Positions 19,294 to 29,300 of a DNA stretch of 64,000 nucleotides are shown one piece after another. Made by a program: the position numbers and the translations under genes. The notes beneath the pieces are model-generated. The model was given only the letters and a program-made list of their open reading frames with translations. It searched no databases and had not been told where the DNA came from. Source of the DNA: Calditrichia bacterium (GTDB lineage Bacteria > Calditrichota > Calditrichia > RBG-13-44-9 > J075); NCBI GenBank assembly GCA_050633245.1, contig JBOEGD010000005.1:1-64000 (forward strand), in the 5' to 3' direction. The number at the start of each line of letters is the position of its first letter. Position 1 is the stretch's first letter.

Positions 19294-19378
19294 TGTAAAG
19301 ACGCACAGCAGTGCGTCTGGAGTGGATGTCTGGAAGGCTGAATGAGATAATCTGTAAAGACGCACTGCTGTGCGTCTG
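19294..19378. repeat. Two direct copies of a REP-like palindromic element TGTAAAGACGCAC-wGCw-GTGCGTCTG
   Basis: Copies at 19294-19319 and 19353-19378. Confidence 0.8.
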
Positions 19379-19441
19379 CCTTACCTGGATGAAAAAAGGC
19401 ATGAGATGATATGTGCACGAGTAAATTGAGAGGAAATGTAT

Positions 19442-19900
19442 ATGGCAGATAATACAGGAACGACCGAGGGGGCCACATGGCCAATGCCAAAGTTTCACTT
19501 TCAGGTAACGTGGGGAGACAAAAAGATGAGCTTTTCTGAGGTCAGCGGTTTGGATACGGAAACTCAACCCATCGATTATCGCCATGAAGACGCAAAACAG
19601 TTCTCGACAATTAAGATGCCCCGGATCGTCAAGACAGGTAATGTGACTCTGAAACGCGGTCTGTTTGTTAATGACAACAGCTTTTGGGATTGGCATAACC
19701 AAATAAACATGAACATTGTAAAGCGCGAGACTGTAAACATTGACCTGCTGGATGAGACTGGTAGTCCCACGATGAGCTGGACGCTTTCTAACGCCTGGCC
19801 AACCAAAATAAGTGGTGCGGATCTTAAATCAGATGGAAACGAAGTAGCGATAGGTACCCTCGAAGTAGCATTCGAAACGCTGACGGTTTCTAATTCCTGA
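19442..19900 (+). CDS. Phage tail tube protein, T4 gp19/Afp1-Afp5 (TIGR02241)-like, orphan
   Basis: P.PKFHF.V, FSEVSGL..E...IDYR, NVTLKRG, W.L.NAWP.K..G.DL..DGNEVAI.TLE. Confidence 0.9.
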   Translation: MADNTGTTEGATWPMPKFHFQVTWGDKKMSFSEVSGLDTETQPIDYRHEDAKQFSTIKMPRIVKTGNVTLKRGLFVNDNSFWDWHNQINMNIVKRETVNIDLLDETGSPTMSWTLSNAWPTKISGADLKSDGNEVAIGTLEVAFETLTVSNS

Positions 19901-19940
19901 GTCGCAGGTTTCTGAAAAGAGTAACTGGAAAGAGGCTTTA

Positions 19941-20765
19941 TTGAAAGATTTTGTTTCAGTAGTTGAAGAACATTATTATCGCCCTAATCTATACGACGAC
20001 ATTTTAAATCGTTTGAAAGAGCAAGGCATAGACTTAAACAAGGTGACCAGAGCAAATATTGCCGGCGTCGATGAGTTCCATGTAAGAGGAGCCGCTGTTT
20101 CGAAAGAGTTGGCGCGTGCAATCAACTTACAAAGCGCTAACGTATTGGATGTTGGTTGCGGTCTTGGCGGACCCTGCCGCATGCTTGCCGATGAGTTCAA
20201 TTGCCAAACAACCGGTATTGATCTATCGGAGGAATTTATAAAAACGGCAACTGGCTTATCGAAGTTGGTTGGTCTTGCTGAAAGAACCAAATTTGTGAAG
20301 GGTGATGCTACAGATTTGCCTTTTGAGGATCAAATGTTTGATGCGGTTTGGACACAACATGTTCAGATGAATATTGCAGACAAGAGTTCCTTCTACTCCG
20401 AAATAAATCGCGTCTTGGTCGATGGAGGCCACTTTATTTACTATGACATCTTCAAAAGTGGAGATGGAAATGTAGACTATCCAATGCCATGGGCAAGTGA
20501 AGCGAAAATTAGCTTCCTTGCACCAATCTCTGATATGCAAACTATACTGGAAAGCCTTAGCCTCACCAAGAGACAAACAACGGATGAAACGCAAAACGGT
20601 ATTTATTTCTTTGAAAAGCTATTGCAAAAAATTGAAAAGGATGGGCCACCCAAGCTGGGGCTGAACGTTTTGATGGGTGAATCAACAAAGTTAAAATTGG
20701 GTAATTTATTGCGCGGCCTGCAAGACGGACATCTTGTTTTGCAAAGCGGGGTTTATGCGAAGTAG
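19941..20765 (+). CDS. Class I SAM-dependent methyltransferase
   Basis: DEFH.RG, VLDVGCGLGGP.R, GIDLS, GDAT.LPFED..FD, MNI.DK. Confidence 0.88.
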   Translation: MKDFVSVVEEHYYRPNLYDDILNRLKEQGIDLNKVTRANIAGVDEFHVRGAAVSKELARAINLQSANVLDVGCGLGGPCRMLADEFNCQTTGIDLSEEFIKTATGLSKLVGLAERTKFVKGDATDLPFEDQMFDAVWTQHVQMNIADKSSFYSEINRVLVDGGHFIYYDIFKSGDGNVDYPMPWASEAKISFLAPISDMQTILESLSLTKRQTTDETQNGIYFFEKLLQKIEKDGPPKLGLNVLMGESTKLKLGNLLRGLQDGHLVLQSGVYAK

Positions 20766-20799
20766 ATAGTCGCTGGATTGATAGAACACATTTTTAGAT

Positions 20800-20834
20800 C
20801 GCGAGCGGGTTAATTAATCCGCTCGCTCTGTTTT
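20800..20834 (+). terminator. Putative intrinsic terminator
   Basis: GCGAGCGG-gttaattaat-CCGCTCGC followed by tctgtttt. Confidence 0.55.
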
Positions 20835-20966
20835 GGTAGGCAGTGCCGGGATGAACCCCGGCACGATACTTTTTTACCCTGCTGACTTCTGACAGCCTCG
20901 CTTTCGCGAGGCGATCTGACCTCTGACAGCGGAGTGGTTTGTTTTCGACTGCAAAGCGATCCGTTA

Positions 20967-23144
20967 TTACAGATTTTCCAGAAAGAACTCGGTAATCTTC
21001 GTAAACAGATGCAGTGACGTTGTTCCCCCGCTAATGCGGTGATTGCGATTCGGATAGATCATCATGTCGAATGGTCTGTTGGCGTCGATCAGTTTGTTGA
21101 TGAACTGATAGCTGTTGCCTGGATGAACATTGTCATCACCACTACCGTGGACGATCATAAGTTTGCCTTTTAGCTGACCTGCAGTACGATTGGCGTCTGC
21201 CGCATCATATCCGGCCTTATTTTCGCTCAGCAGTCCCATATAGCGTTCGGTCCAGATGGTGTCATAGTTACGGAAATCGCTAACCGAGGCCACTGCTACA
21301 CCGGCCTTGAAAAAGTCTGTTGCGCGAGTCATTATCAACATGCTTAGATAACCACCACCGCTCCATCCCCAAAAGCCAATACGAGACTTGTCGACATACG
21401 GCAGGCTTTGCAGGTAGCGAGCACCGAGAATCTGATCGGCTACTGACCATTTAGAGAGATCGCCATAAGATAGATTCTTGAAGGCTTTACCTTGTCCACC
21501 GGTACCGCGATTATCGATACAGAAAACGATGTAACCCTTTTCTGTCATCATCTGGTGCCATAGAGTTCGCGTCGGATTGCCCCAGCGATCGAGAACCATC
21601 TGAGAACCGGGTCCGCCATAACCAAATACTAAAACCGGATATTTTTTCGATGCATCAAAGTCAGCCGGCTTCATCATGTAAGCGTTCAGCTTTACACCGT
21701 CGTTGGTATTGATGATCATAAAGTCTGGATAAACCATCTTGTATTCGGAGAGTGCAGGAATGATGTTCTCTTCAAGAATGCGGACAATTTTGCCATCAGA
21801 TTTGCGCAATGTAACGTTCGTTGGAATGCGGACATTCGAGGAAAAAGAAACGTAGTGCTGAAAATCCGGCGAAAAGTTTGCGACATGCCAGCTTAAGGTC
21901 TCTGAAATTTGCTGCATGTCGCTGCCGTCTGGCTTTACGCGAAAAATATGCTGATGAATTGACGATGTTTTCTTGCCGTAAAAGTAGACCCAGCTATTCA
22001 CTTCATCAATTCCAATAATGGAACGGACTTCCCAATCGCCACTGGTAATTTGTTTTTCCTTTCCATTATAGTCGGAGAGATAGATATGGCGATAGCCGCT
22101 CTTCTCAGAGGTGAAGAGAAAGGAGTTTGAACCCTTTAGAAAAATGAAATCGTCGGTTACATCTACCCAGGCTTCGTTTTTATCTGTCATCGCAACGCTG
22201 GATTTCCCACTTGGCGTGTAGGCCATCAGCAGCTCAAGCGTATTTTGTTTGCGATTCAGGCGTTGAATAGCCAGAGTTCCCGGCGCGTTCGTCCAATCCA
22301 TGCGCGGGATGTAGATATCGTCATTGTCACCAATGTCCATCTTCTTCAGCGAAGCCGTAGCGACATCTGCAACCAAAACCGATACGATGGCATTTTGCTC
22401 ACCAACTTTCGGATACTTTAACGCCGTTGTAGCGCTGTAGTAGGGAATGTCATCGATCATTGTAAATGTTTTAACGCGTGTCTGATCGGTTCTCCAAAAG
22501 GCAATAGATTTTCCGTTCGGGGACCAGCGATAGGCATCTGCGCGTCCAAACTCTTCTTCATATACCCAGTCGAAAACACCGTTGAGAATGTTATCACTTC
22601 CATCGGAGGTCATGGGACGCGAGTCGCCGGTTTCTACATTAGCAACATACAGATTGTTGTCTCGCACATAGGCAACTGATGCGCCGTCTGGAGAAAGCTC
22701 AACATTCTGCAAATTCGGGTCGCCCTTTGCCAAAGCGATTACAGATTTGTCTTCAATGTCATAAAGAAAGTAGGGGGCAGCATACGAATGCCGCCAAATC
22801 TGTCGTTTGGGCCCGGTGATTAGCAATGTGTTTTGCATGCCGGTAGTTTGGTAGGCACTCATATCCACCTTCACGCCATTATTTGTCAGCTTGGAAGCTT
22901 CCAATATCAGCGTTTCTTCTCCGGATCCTACATTGTGGCGATAGATGTCACTCAAGCCTTCAGCGGATGTTCGGGTAAAGGTAAAAGCAGAGCCATCGGG
23001 TAACCATTGAATATTGGAAACCGTTTTACTGCTGAATTTCTTGGAAGCGAAAATGTCTTCCAGAGTGAGTTTCTTCTTGTCCTGCGCCTGCATAGCAAGC
23101 AGTCCTCCCAGCAACAGTGTACTAATGCATAATCGGAATAACAT
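20967..23144 (-). CDS. Dipeptidyl peptidase IV (S9B), exported
   Basis: Signal peptide; DWVYEEE, YPK.G, YGGP.SQ, catalytic GWSGGG, DDNVH, H.I. Confidence 0.93.
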   Translation of the reverse strand: MLFRLCISTLLLGGLLAMQAQDKKKLTLEDIFASKKFSSKTVSNIQWLPDGSAFTFTRTSAEGLSDIYRHNVGSGEETLILEASKLTNNGVKVDMSAYQTTGMQNTLLITGPKRQIWRHSYAAPYFLYDIEDKSVIALAKGDPNLQNVELSPDGASVAYVRDNNLYVANVETGDSRPMTSDGSDNILNGVFDWVYEEEFGRADAYRWSPNGKSIAFWRTDQTRVKTFTMIDDIPYYSATTALKYPKVGEQNAIVSVLVADVATASLKKMDIGDNDDIYIPRMDWTNAPGTLAIQRLNRKQNTLELLMAYTPSGKSSVAMTDKNEAWVDVTDDFIFLKGSNSFLFTSEKSGYRHIYLSDYNGKEKQITSGDWEVRSIIGIDEVNSWVYFYGKKTSSIHQHIFRVKPDGSDMQQISETLSWHVANFSPDFQHYVSFSSNVRIPTNVTLRKSDGKIVRILEENIIPALSEYKMVYPDFMIINTNDGVKLNAYMMKPADFDASKKYPVLVFGYGGPGSQMVLDRWGNPTRTLWHQMMTEKGYIVFCIDNRGTGGQGKAFKNLSYGDLSKWSVADQILGARYLQSLPYVDKSRIGFWGWSGGGYLSMLIMTRATDFFKAGVAVASVSDFRNYDTIWTERYMGLLSENKAGYDAADANRTAGQLKGKLMIVHGSGDDNVHPGNSYQFINKLIDANRPFDMMIYPNRNHRISGGTTSLHLFTKITEFFLENL

Positions 23145-23250
23145 TGCGATCCCCTATGTTTTGTTGAATTGATTGCATTTTTTTGAAGCGACCCTAATTT
23201 ACTGGAAATTGTGAATCTTGCCAATAGACAATAAAAAGCGATATTTGGAA

Positions 23251-23288
23251 TAAAAAAGGCTCCGTAAAGATTAATCTTCACGGAGCCT
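23251..23288 (-). terminator. Intrinsic terminator downstream of the giant secreted protein gene
   Basis: AGGCTCCGT...ACGGAGCCT stem preceded by AAAAAA on the plus strand. Confidence 0.75.
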
Positions 23289-23334
23289 CGTTCACACGAC
23301 CGGCCTTCAGAATTTCGGCCGCGTTCTGTGTTGT

Positions 23335-26300
23335 CTATCGCGTTAGCAACATCTTGCGAACCTTTATAAATCCTTCGGTTTGCAGTCGGTAAATGTAGAT
23401 GCCGCTTGCGAGATTACGAGCATCAAACTGCAGGGTATAAGACCCGGCTGCTGTTTGCTCATTCACTAATGTTGCTACTTGCTGACCCAACACATTATAA
23501 ACCGCCAGCGTTACGAACTGTGCCTTTGGTAAATCGAAGCTGATGTTGGTTGTCGGGTTGAACGGATTCGGATAGTTCTGACCGAGCGCGAATGTCTCCG
23601 GTAGTGCTTCAAAATCCCAAAGCAGTCCTTCACCATCTTTGTAGAGAATGTTGCTCGCCGGAACAATTCCACTACCAATGATGCGACAGGTGTTGACCTT
23701 CTTGGCAAGTGTTTTTGCCAGTCCGTCGTTCGAGCTGTTACCATCGCTCAACAAGATGGAGCAGTATGTTAATACATCTCCTGCAGTGCGACCGTCTTCC
23801 GTAACAACGGTGTATTGTCCGATTTTCAATGAAGCAAAGTTTAGAACCAGAGCTGCTAACTGCCGCCGTGCCCGCTTGTAAGTACTGGCACGACAACCTA
23901 CCTTCAACAGTCTTCGCCATTTACGGAATGTCGTTTTCTCCGCAAAAACATTGAAGTGCGGGGTATAGCGTTCATGTACTGTGTCGATATAATCGTTCAG
24001 CTCCTGCTCCGTTTCCTGTGGATTACCCCAGCTGCAGATATAAGTGCTGAACTGATACTTCCAATAGGATGCCGGGCGAGCGTGGTTACCGGTTACTTCT
24101 TCAGTTAGATAAAAATCTACGATGCTGGTGTCTTCAGCAGCGACGAGCGTTTCCTGGGGATTGCGATCCACAGCGTATCCAAGTGGCGTTACGATGCTAA
24201 CCTGATAACTGTCTGCCGGAACATTGCTGAATAGGTAGCTTCCATCCGCATCCGTGGTGATTGGCGGATAGTTTATGCTGTCATAAGCAAGTCCGGAGGT
24301 ATCGAGCAGGCTGACGGTTACACCAGGTAGTCCGATGTTATTGATGAATACCGTTCCGGATATTACTCCGGGGCCTGTTGCGATATCGCCTGCACTACCG
24401 AATGCGTAGAGTGTGTCTACTTCACAAGAACCTTCATGCATGAAAGTGATTTTATCACTGTAGTCTCCGGCAGGACCAGGACAGAATACAACCTCAAGAC
24501 ATAGACTATCGCCGGCCGGAATAACCGCACTGTCCGGATTCGCCAGAAAGTAATTGCTGCTTGCAGATATGTTGTTGATGACCAAATCGCTGGTTCCGGG
24601 ATTATAAATCTTAATGGTGTCCGGAACAACGGTCCAAGTGTTGATGGTTCCAAAGTCTATGTTCGATGAGGCGAGTTCGAATACCGGGTAGCTAGCCAAT
24701 TCCGGTTGACTGAAGCTGAATGCTTCACCCAAATCGCCAACGGTAAAACCCTGACCTTGAATAAATTCAAGACCTTCCAGTACTACCGGACTTCCAACCG
24801 GAACGATTTCCCAGGTGTCGCCACAATCTTCGGTTTTCAAAATAACACCATTATCGCCAGAGCAATATGCTACGCGTGGACTAACAATTTTACAGGCGCG
24901 TAGCGTTTCGTCTGTTCCACTAACCAGCGGCTCCCAGGTGATGCCGCCATCACGAGTGCGACAAATGGTGCCGTTTTCTCCAACGGCATAGCCAAACGTT
25001 TCACTAACAAATGCACAGTCGTAGAATGTTAAGTTAACGCCGGAGGTCAACGGCGACCATCCTCCCCCATTATAGCGACAGATGGTGCCGTTTTCTCCGA
25101 CTGCATAAGCAGTAGTGCCTACAGCGTAAATTCCGTAGAAAGTAATTGATGTGTTTGTTGGTTGTACAGACCAGCCAATTCCACTGTAGAAACAGATGGT
25201 GCCATTTGCACCTGCTGCGAAACCATAGCCGGGGTTAAGAAAGGATACGCCGTAGAAGTTCGCTGTGGTGTTTGTTGTAAATGGTAGCCAGGATTGTCCA
25301 CCATTGTCGCTGCGACAGAGTAAGCCATTGTCTCCAGCGATAAATGAGCTGTTTCCTATCAGTTTGATGGCGTTTAGATTCTCGGTGGTTCCGGTGTTGC
25401 AGTCACTCCAGGAATCCCCACCGTCTGTTGTAATGCGCAGCGTGCCGTTTGCTCCTACGATGCAGCCGTTTAATGGATCTATAAACGAAACGCCTTTCAG
25501 GTTTGTGGTAGTTCCTGTTGCCAGGCCGTTATAGCCAAGAGAGATACCACTACCGGCAAGATAAACGGTATCGATCTCACAAGATGCATCATGTGTAAAA
25601 AGCACGGTGCCGTTTGTTGTTCCCAGAGCACTTGGCGTGAAGGTGATTTCCAAATCGGCACTATCACCAGGTGCGACAGCCAGGCTTGCTGAAGCAAGAC
25701 TAAACTCTGCAGCATCAACGCTGATTTCGCTCACATCCAATAGAGCAGTTCCATTATTGATGACCCGAACCAGGCTCACATTGCTGGTCCCGATAGCCGT
25801 TGAAGCAAAGTCCAGGTTATTGCTGTTTAAAGCGAAAAGCTGAATATCGGAAACCGCGCTATTGGTAAAGCTGAATGCTTCGCCAAGATCACCGACAACA
25901 AACCCCGAACCATCGACGATGTCAAGTGCTTCTAATGCGAGAGGATAACCAAGCGCTACTTCCGCCCAGGTATCACCACAGTCTGTTGTTTCCAGAACAA
26001 GTCCGTCATCACCAATGCAGTATGCCACGCGTGGACTAATAATTTTACATCCGCGCAGAGTTTGTGTGGTTCCGCTAACTAGTGGCTCCCAGGTAATACC
26101 ACCATCATTCGTTCGGCAGATGGTACCATTTGCGCCAACAGCATAGCCGAAGCGTGAGTTTAGAAAAGCGACATCGAAAAAATTCACCGTGGTGTTGGTG
26201 ACTTGCGGTGTCCAGCTTCCGCCAATATAGCGACAAATAACACCATTCTCGCCAACTGCCCAGGCAGTATTTCCATAGGCGAATACGCCGTAAAAAGCAG

Positions 26301-29300
26301 TGGAAAGACCGGTAGTTTGGGCGCTCCAACTAGCACCATTGTAATAGCAAATTGTTCCGGCACTTCCAACAGCATAACCTGAAGAAACGTTGGTAAATGA
26401 GCTTGCATAAAAACTTGCATTGGTATTCGTGGTGAATGGTGTCCATGTTGCGCCTCCATCATAGCTCACGCAGATGACGCCATTTAGACCGGTAATAAAT
26501 GCCGCGTTACCGATTAGCTGAACTCCGGTCAGGTTGATGTTCGTTCCGGTATTGGAGAACGTCCAGGTAAGTCCACCATCGCTGGTAACAAGAACAGTAC
26601 CACCGATGCCGGTAATGCAGCCGTTTAATGGATCGGTGAAGGAGCATCCGGTGATATCCTGATAAAACCCGGTTGTCTGACGAACAAATGGAGGGTTGAT
26701 GGCAAGATCACAAACTGTGCTGCTAAACTGATAAGCTGCGCCGCTTGCACCAACGATAAATCCCTGACAGCCGGAGAAATCCAGACCTGCTAAATCGGGT
26801 GCATTGTTTATTGGAATGATTGTCCAGGTAAGGCCACTGTCAAGACTTTGCAGAAGGGTACCGTTGGCGCAGGTTGCCCAGATTACGCCTGGTGAAAAAA
26901 TCTTACATCCGGTAATGTCGAAAGTTACGCCACTGTTTAACGGAGTCCAGGTTGAACCGCCATCGTTTGTTTTGCAAATTGTGCCGTTGGCGCCTACAGC
27001 AAATCCCAAACTGGCATTCCAGAAAGCAACGTCATGGAAGTTTACGTTGGTACCAGATGTTTGAGGTAACCAAAAGCCGTTTACATACTTACAGATAATA
27101 CCATTTGTACCGACTGCCCAGGCGTACTGACCATAGGTGTAGACGCTATTAAAGCTTTCGCTGGTACCGGTAGATTGAGCAACCCAGTTAGTGCCGTTGT
27201 AAATACAGATGACGCCGCCACTACCTACAGCAAATCCATAGTATGGGTTCACAAAGCTGCTTGCGTAGAAATTGGCTGTTGTGTTGGTCACAAAAGGTGT
27301 CCAGGTAAGACCGCCGTCATAGGATGCGCAGATTAACCCGTTTGCGCCGGTAATAAACACCACGTCACCAATGACGCTAACACCGGTCAGATTTTCTACC
27401 GTTCCGGTATTAATGGCTGTCCATGTTCCTCCGCCATCGTAGGTAATGAATAAGACACCGCCAGAACCAACAGCATACCCAAGAGTCGCGTTTACAAAAG
27501 CAACGCCGGTTAGATTCTGAGAGGAGCCGATGCTGATGGGAGTAATTGTCAGTCCACTCTCCGTTGCGCTTCCGCTAACGGTTACGATATCGGGCGAACT
27601 AACGGCATTGTGTGAAAATGTAATGTTGCCGCTTTTGCCGCCCGCGCTTAGTGGTGAAAAGATTATCTGGAAGCTCAGGCTGTCGCCTGCTGCAATACTT
27701 GTAGCTGTTGGATTAAAGCTAAATTCTGCATTATCTGAAGAAACAGAAAGCGTAAGTACGCCATAGCCGTTGTTGTAAACGGTAACGCTGTTGCTGCTGC
27801 TATAGCCAACGGCGATCTCATCAAATGAAATGTTTGTATCTGAAATAGCGAAGATAGGATCTTGCTGAACCGTGTTGCTCTCAAATGTAAATCCGGTTCC
27901 ACCTGCGCCAACGACATAGCCAGTACCATTGATAAATGTAATGCCTGCCAGGCTTCCGGGCGCGCCGGTTGTGATAACTTCCCAAGTGGTTCCCCCGTCT
28001 ATTGTTTGAAGAATCACGCCGCCTTCGCATACTGCCCAGGCATTGTTATCATCCACGATGTGAATATTGTAAATCGTCAGGTTAACGCCGGTGTTTATTG
28101 TTGTCCAGCTTCCGCCTCCATTGATCGTGCGATAGATAATCCCACCACTTCCAACGATGTAGCCGTAATTAACGTTTAGAAAATACGCGCCATAGAGTGA
28201 GCCGGTTGCGCCGATGTTAATTGGTCCCCAGCTAACGCCATTCCAGTAGTAGCAAATGCCGTTTACACCAACAGCGTATGCATATGGGCCGACAGTATAG
28301 ATGCCGTAAAAGGTAGTGTTGATGCCTAAGTTTTGTGGAATCCAGCTGACACCGTTCCAATAGTAGATTCCACCGGCACTTACTGCGTATCCGGAGGTAC
28401 CGCTGGTAAACGACGCTGAGTAGAAAGTTTCAGAGGTGTTCGTTATTGTGGGTAGCCAGGTGAGGCCGCCATCAACAGAATAGCAGATATGTCCATTGGC
28501 TCCGGTTACAAACAGCGTATCATTAATAACCGTAATGCTGGTAAGATCATCGCTTATTCCAATATTTCCGGTTGTCCATGAAGAGCCGCCGTCAATTGTA
28601 ATGAGTAGTAGACCATTCTCTCCAACGATATAGCCGTTTAGGGAATCGGTAAAGACGACGCCGGTTAAACTGTCGGTGGATCCGGTGTTAATTCCAGTAT
28701 AGTTGAAGTTCTCCGGAGCAAAAAATGCCGCGATGCTGTGTGGGGCATTAACATTGTCGAAAAGATAATCACCGACTGGGCCAATCGGCTGACCGTCGAC
28801 ATATACCTCACCGATGTTGTAATCAACATCCGGCGTAATGGTATAGAAGGCGTCGCCACCTACAGCAACCGAAAGTAAGCCGGAAGGAGATATTGAACCG
28901 CCATTTCCTGCAGAGGAGACAAGCGGATAAGATGTTGCAATAAAGCTGGCAGTGATGGTATGGTTTGCAGCGATATTACCAAATGTGTAGCTGCTTAACG
29001 GTCCGAGTGAAACACCATCAACCACAACATCTTCGATATTAAAACCTGTATCCGGAGTAATGTCGAATGTACGATTTTCACCGCCCGGAACAGTTAGATT
29101 GCCGTTTGGTGTGATGACACCATTTGCACCAGCTGAGGCATTGATTGAGAAAGACAGCTGATAAAATTCAACCTGAATAGCATGATCTTCTGTGACGTTG
29201 CTAAATGTGTATTCACTCTGCGTTGCGAGATTATTACCATCGACCTCTACCCAGTCTACTGCGTAGCCCGGATCCGGGATGAATTGAAACGTCTGATCGG

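Noticed and set aside
19130-19702. 190-aa minus-strand ORF
   Set aside because: Overlaps two well-supported plus-strand genes and REP-like repeats
19442-19900. Prophage
   Set aside because: A single tube gene with no other phage structural, replication or integration genes
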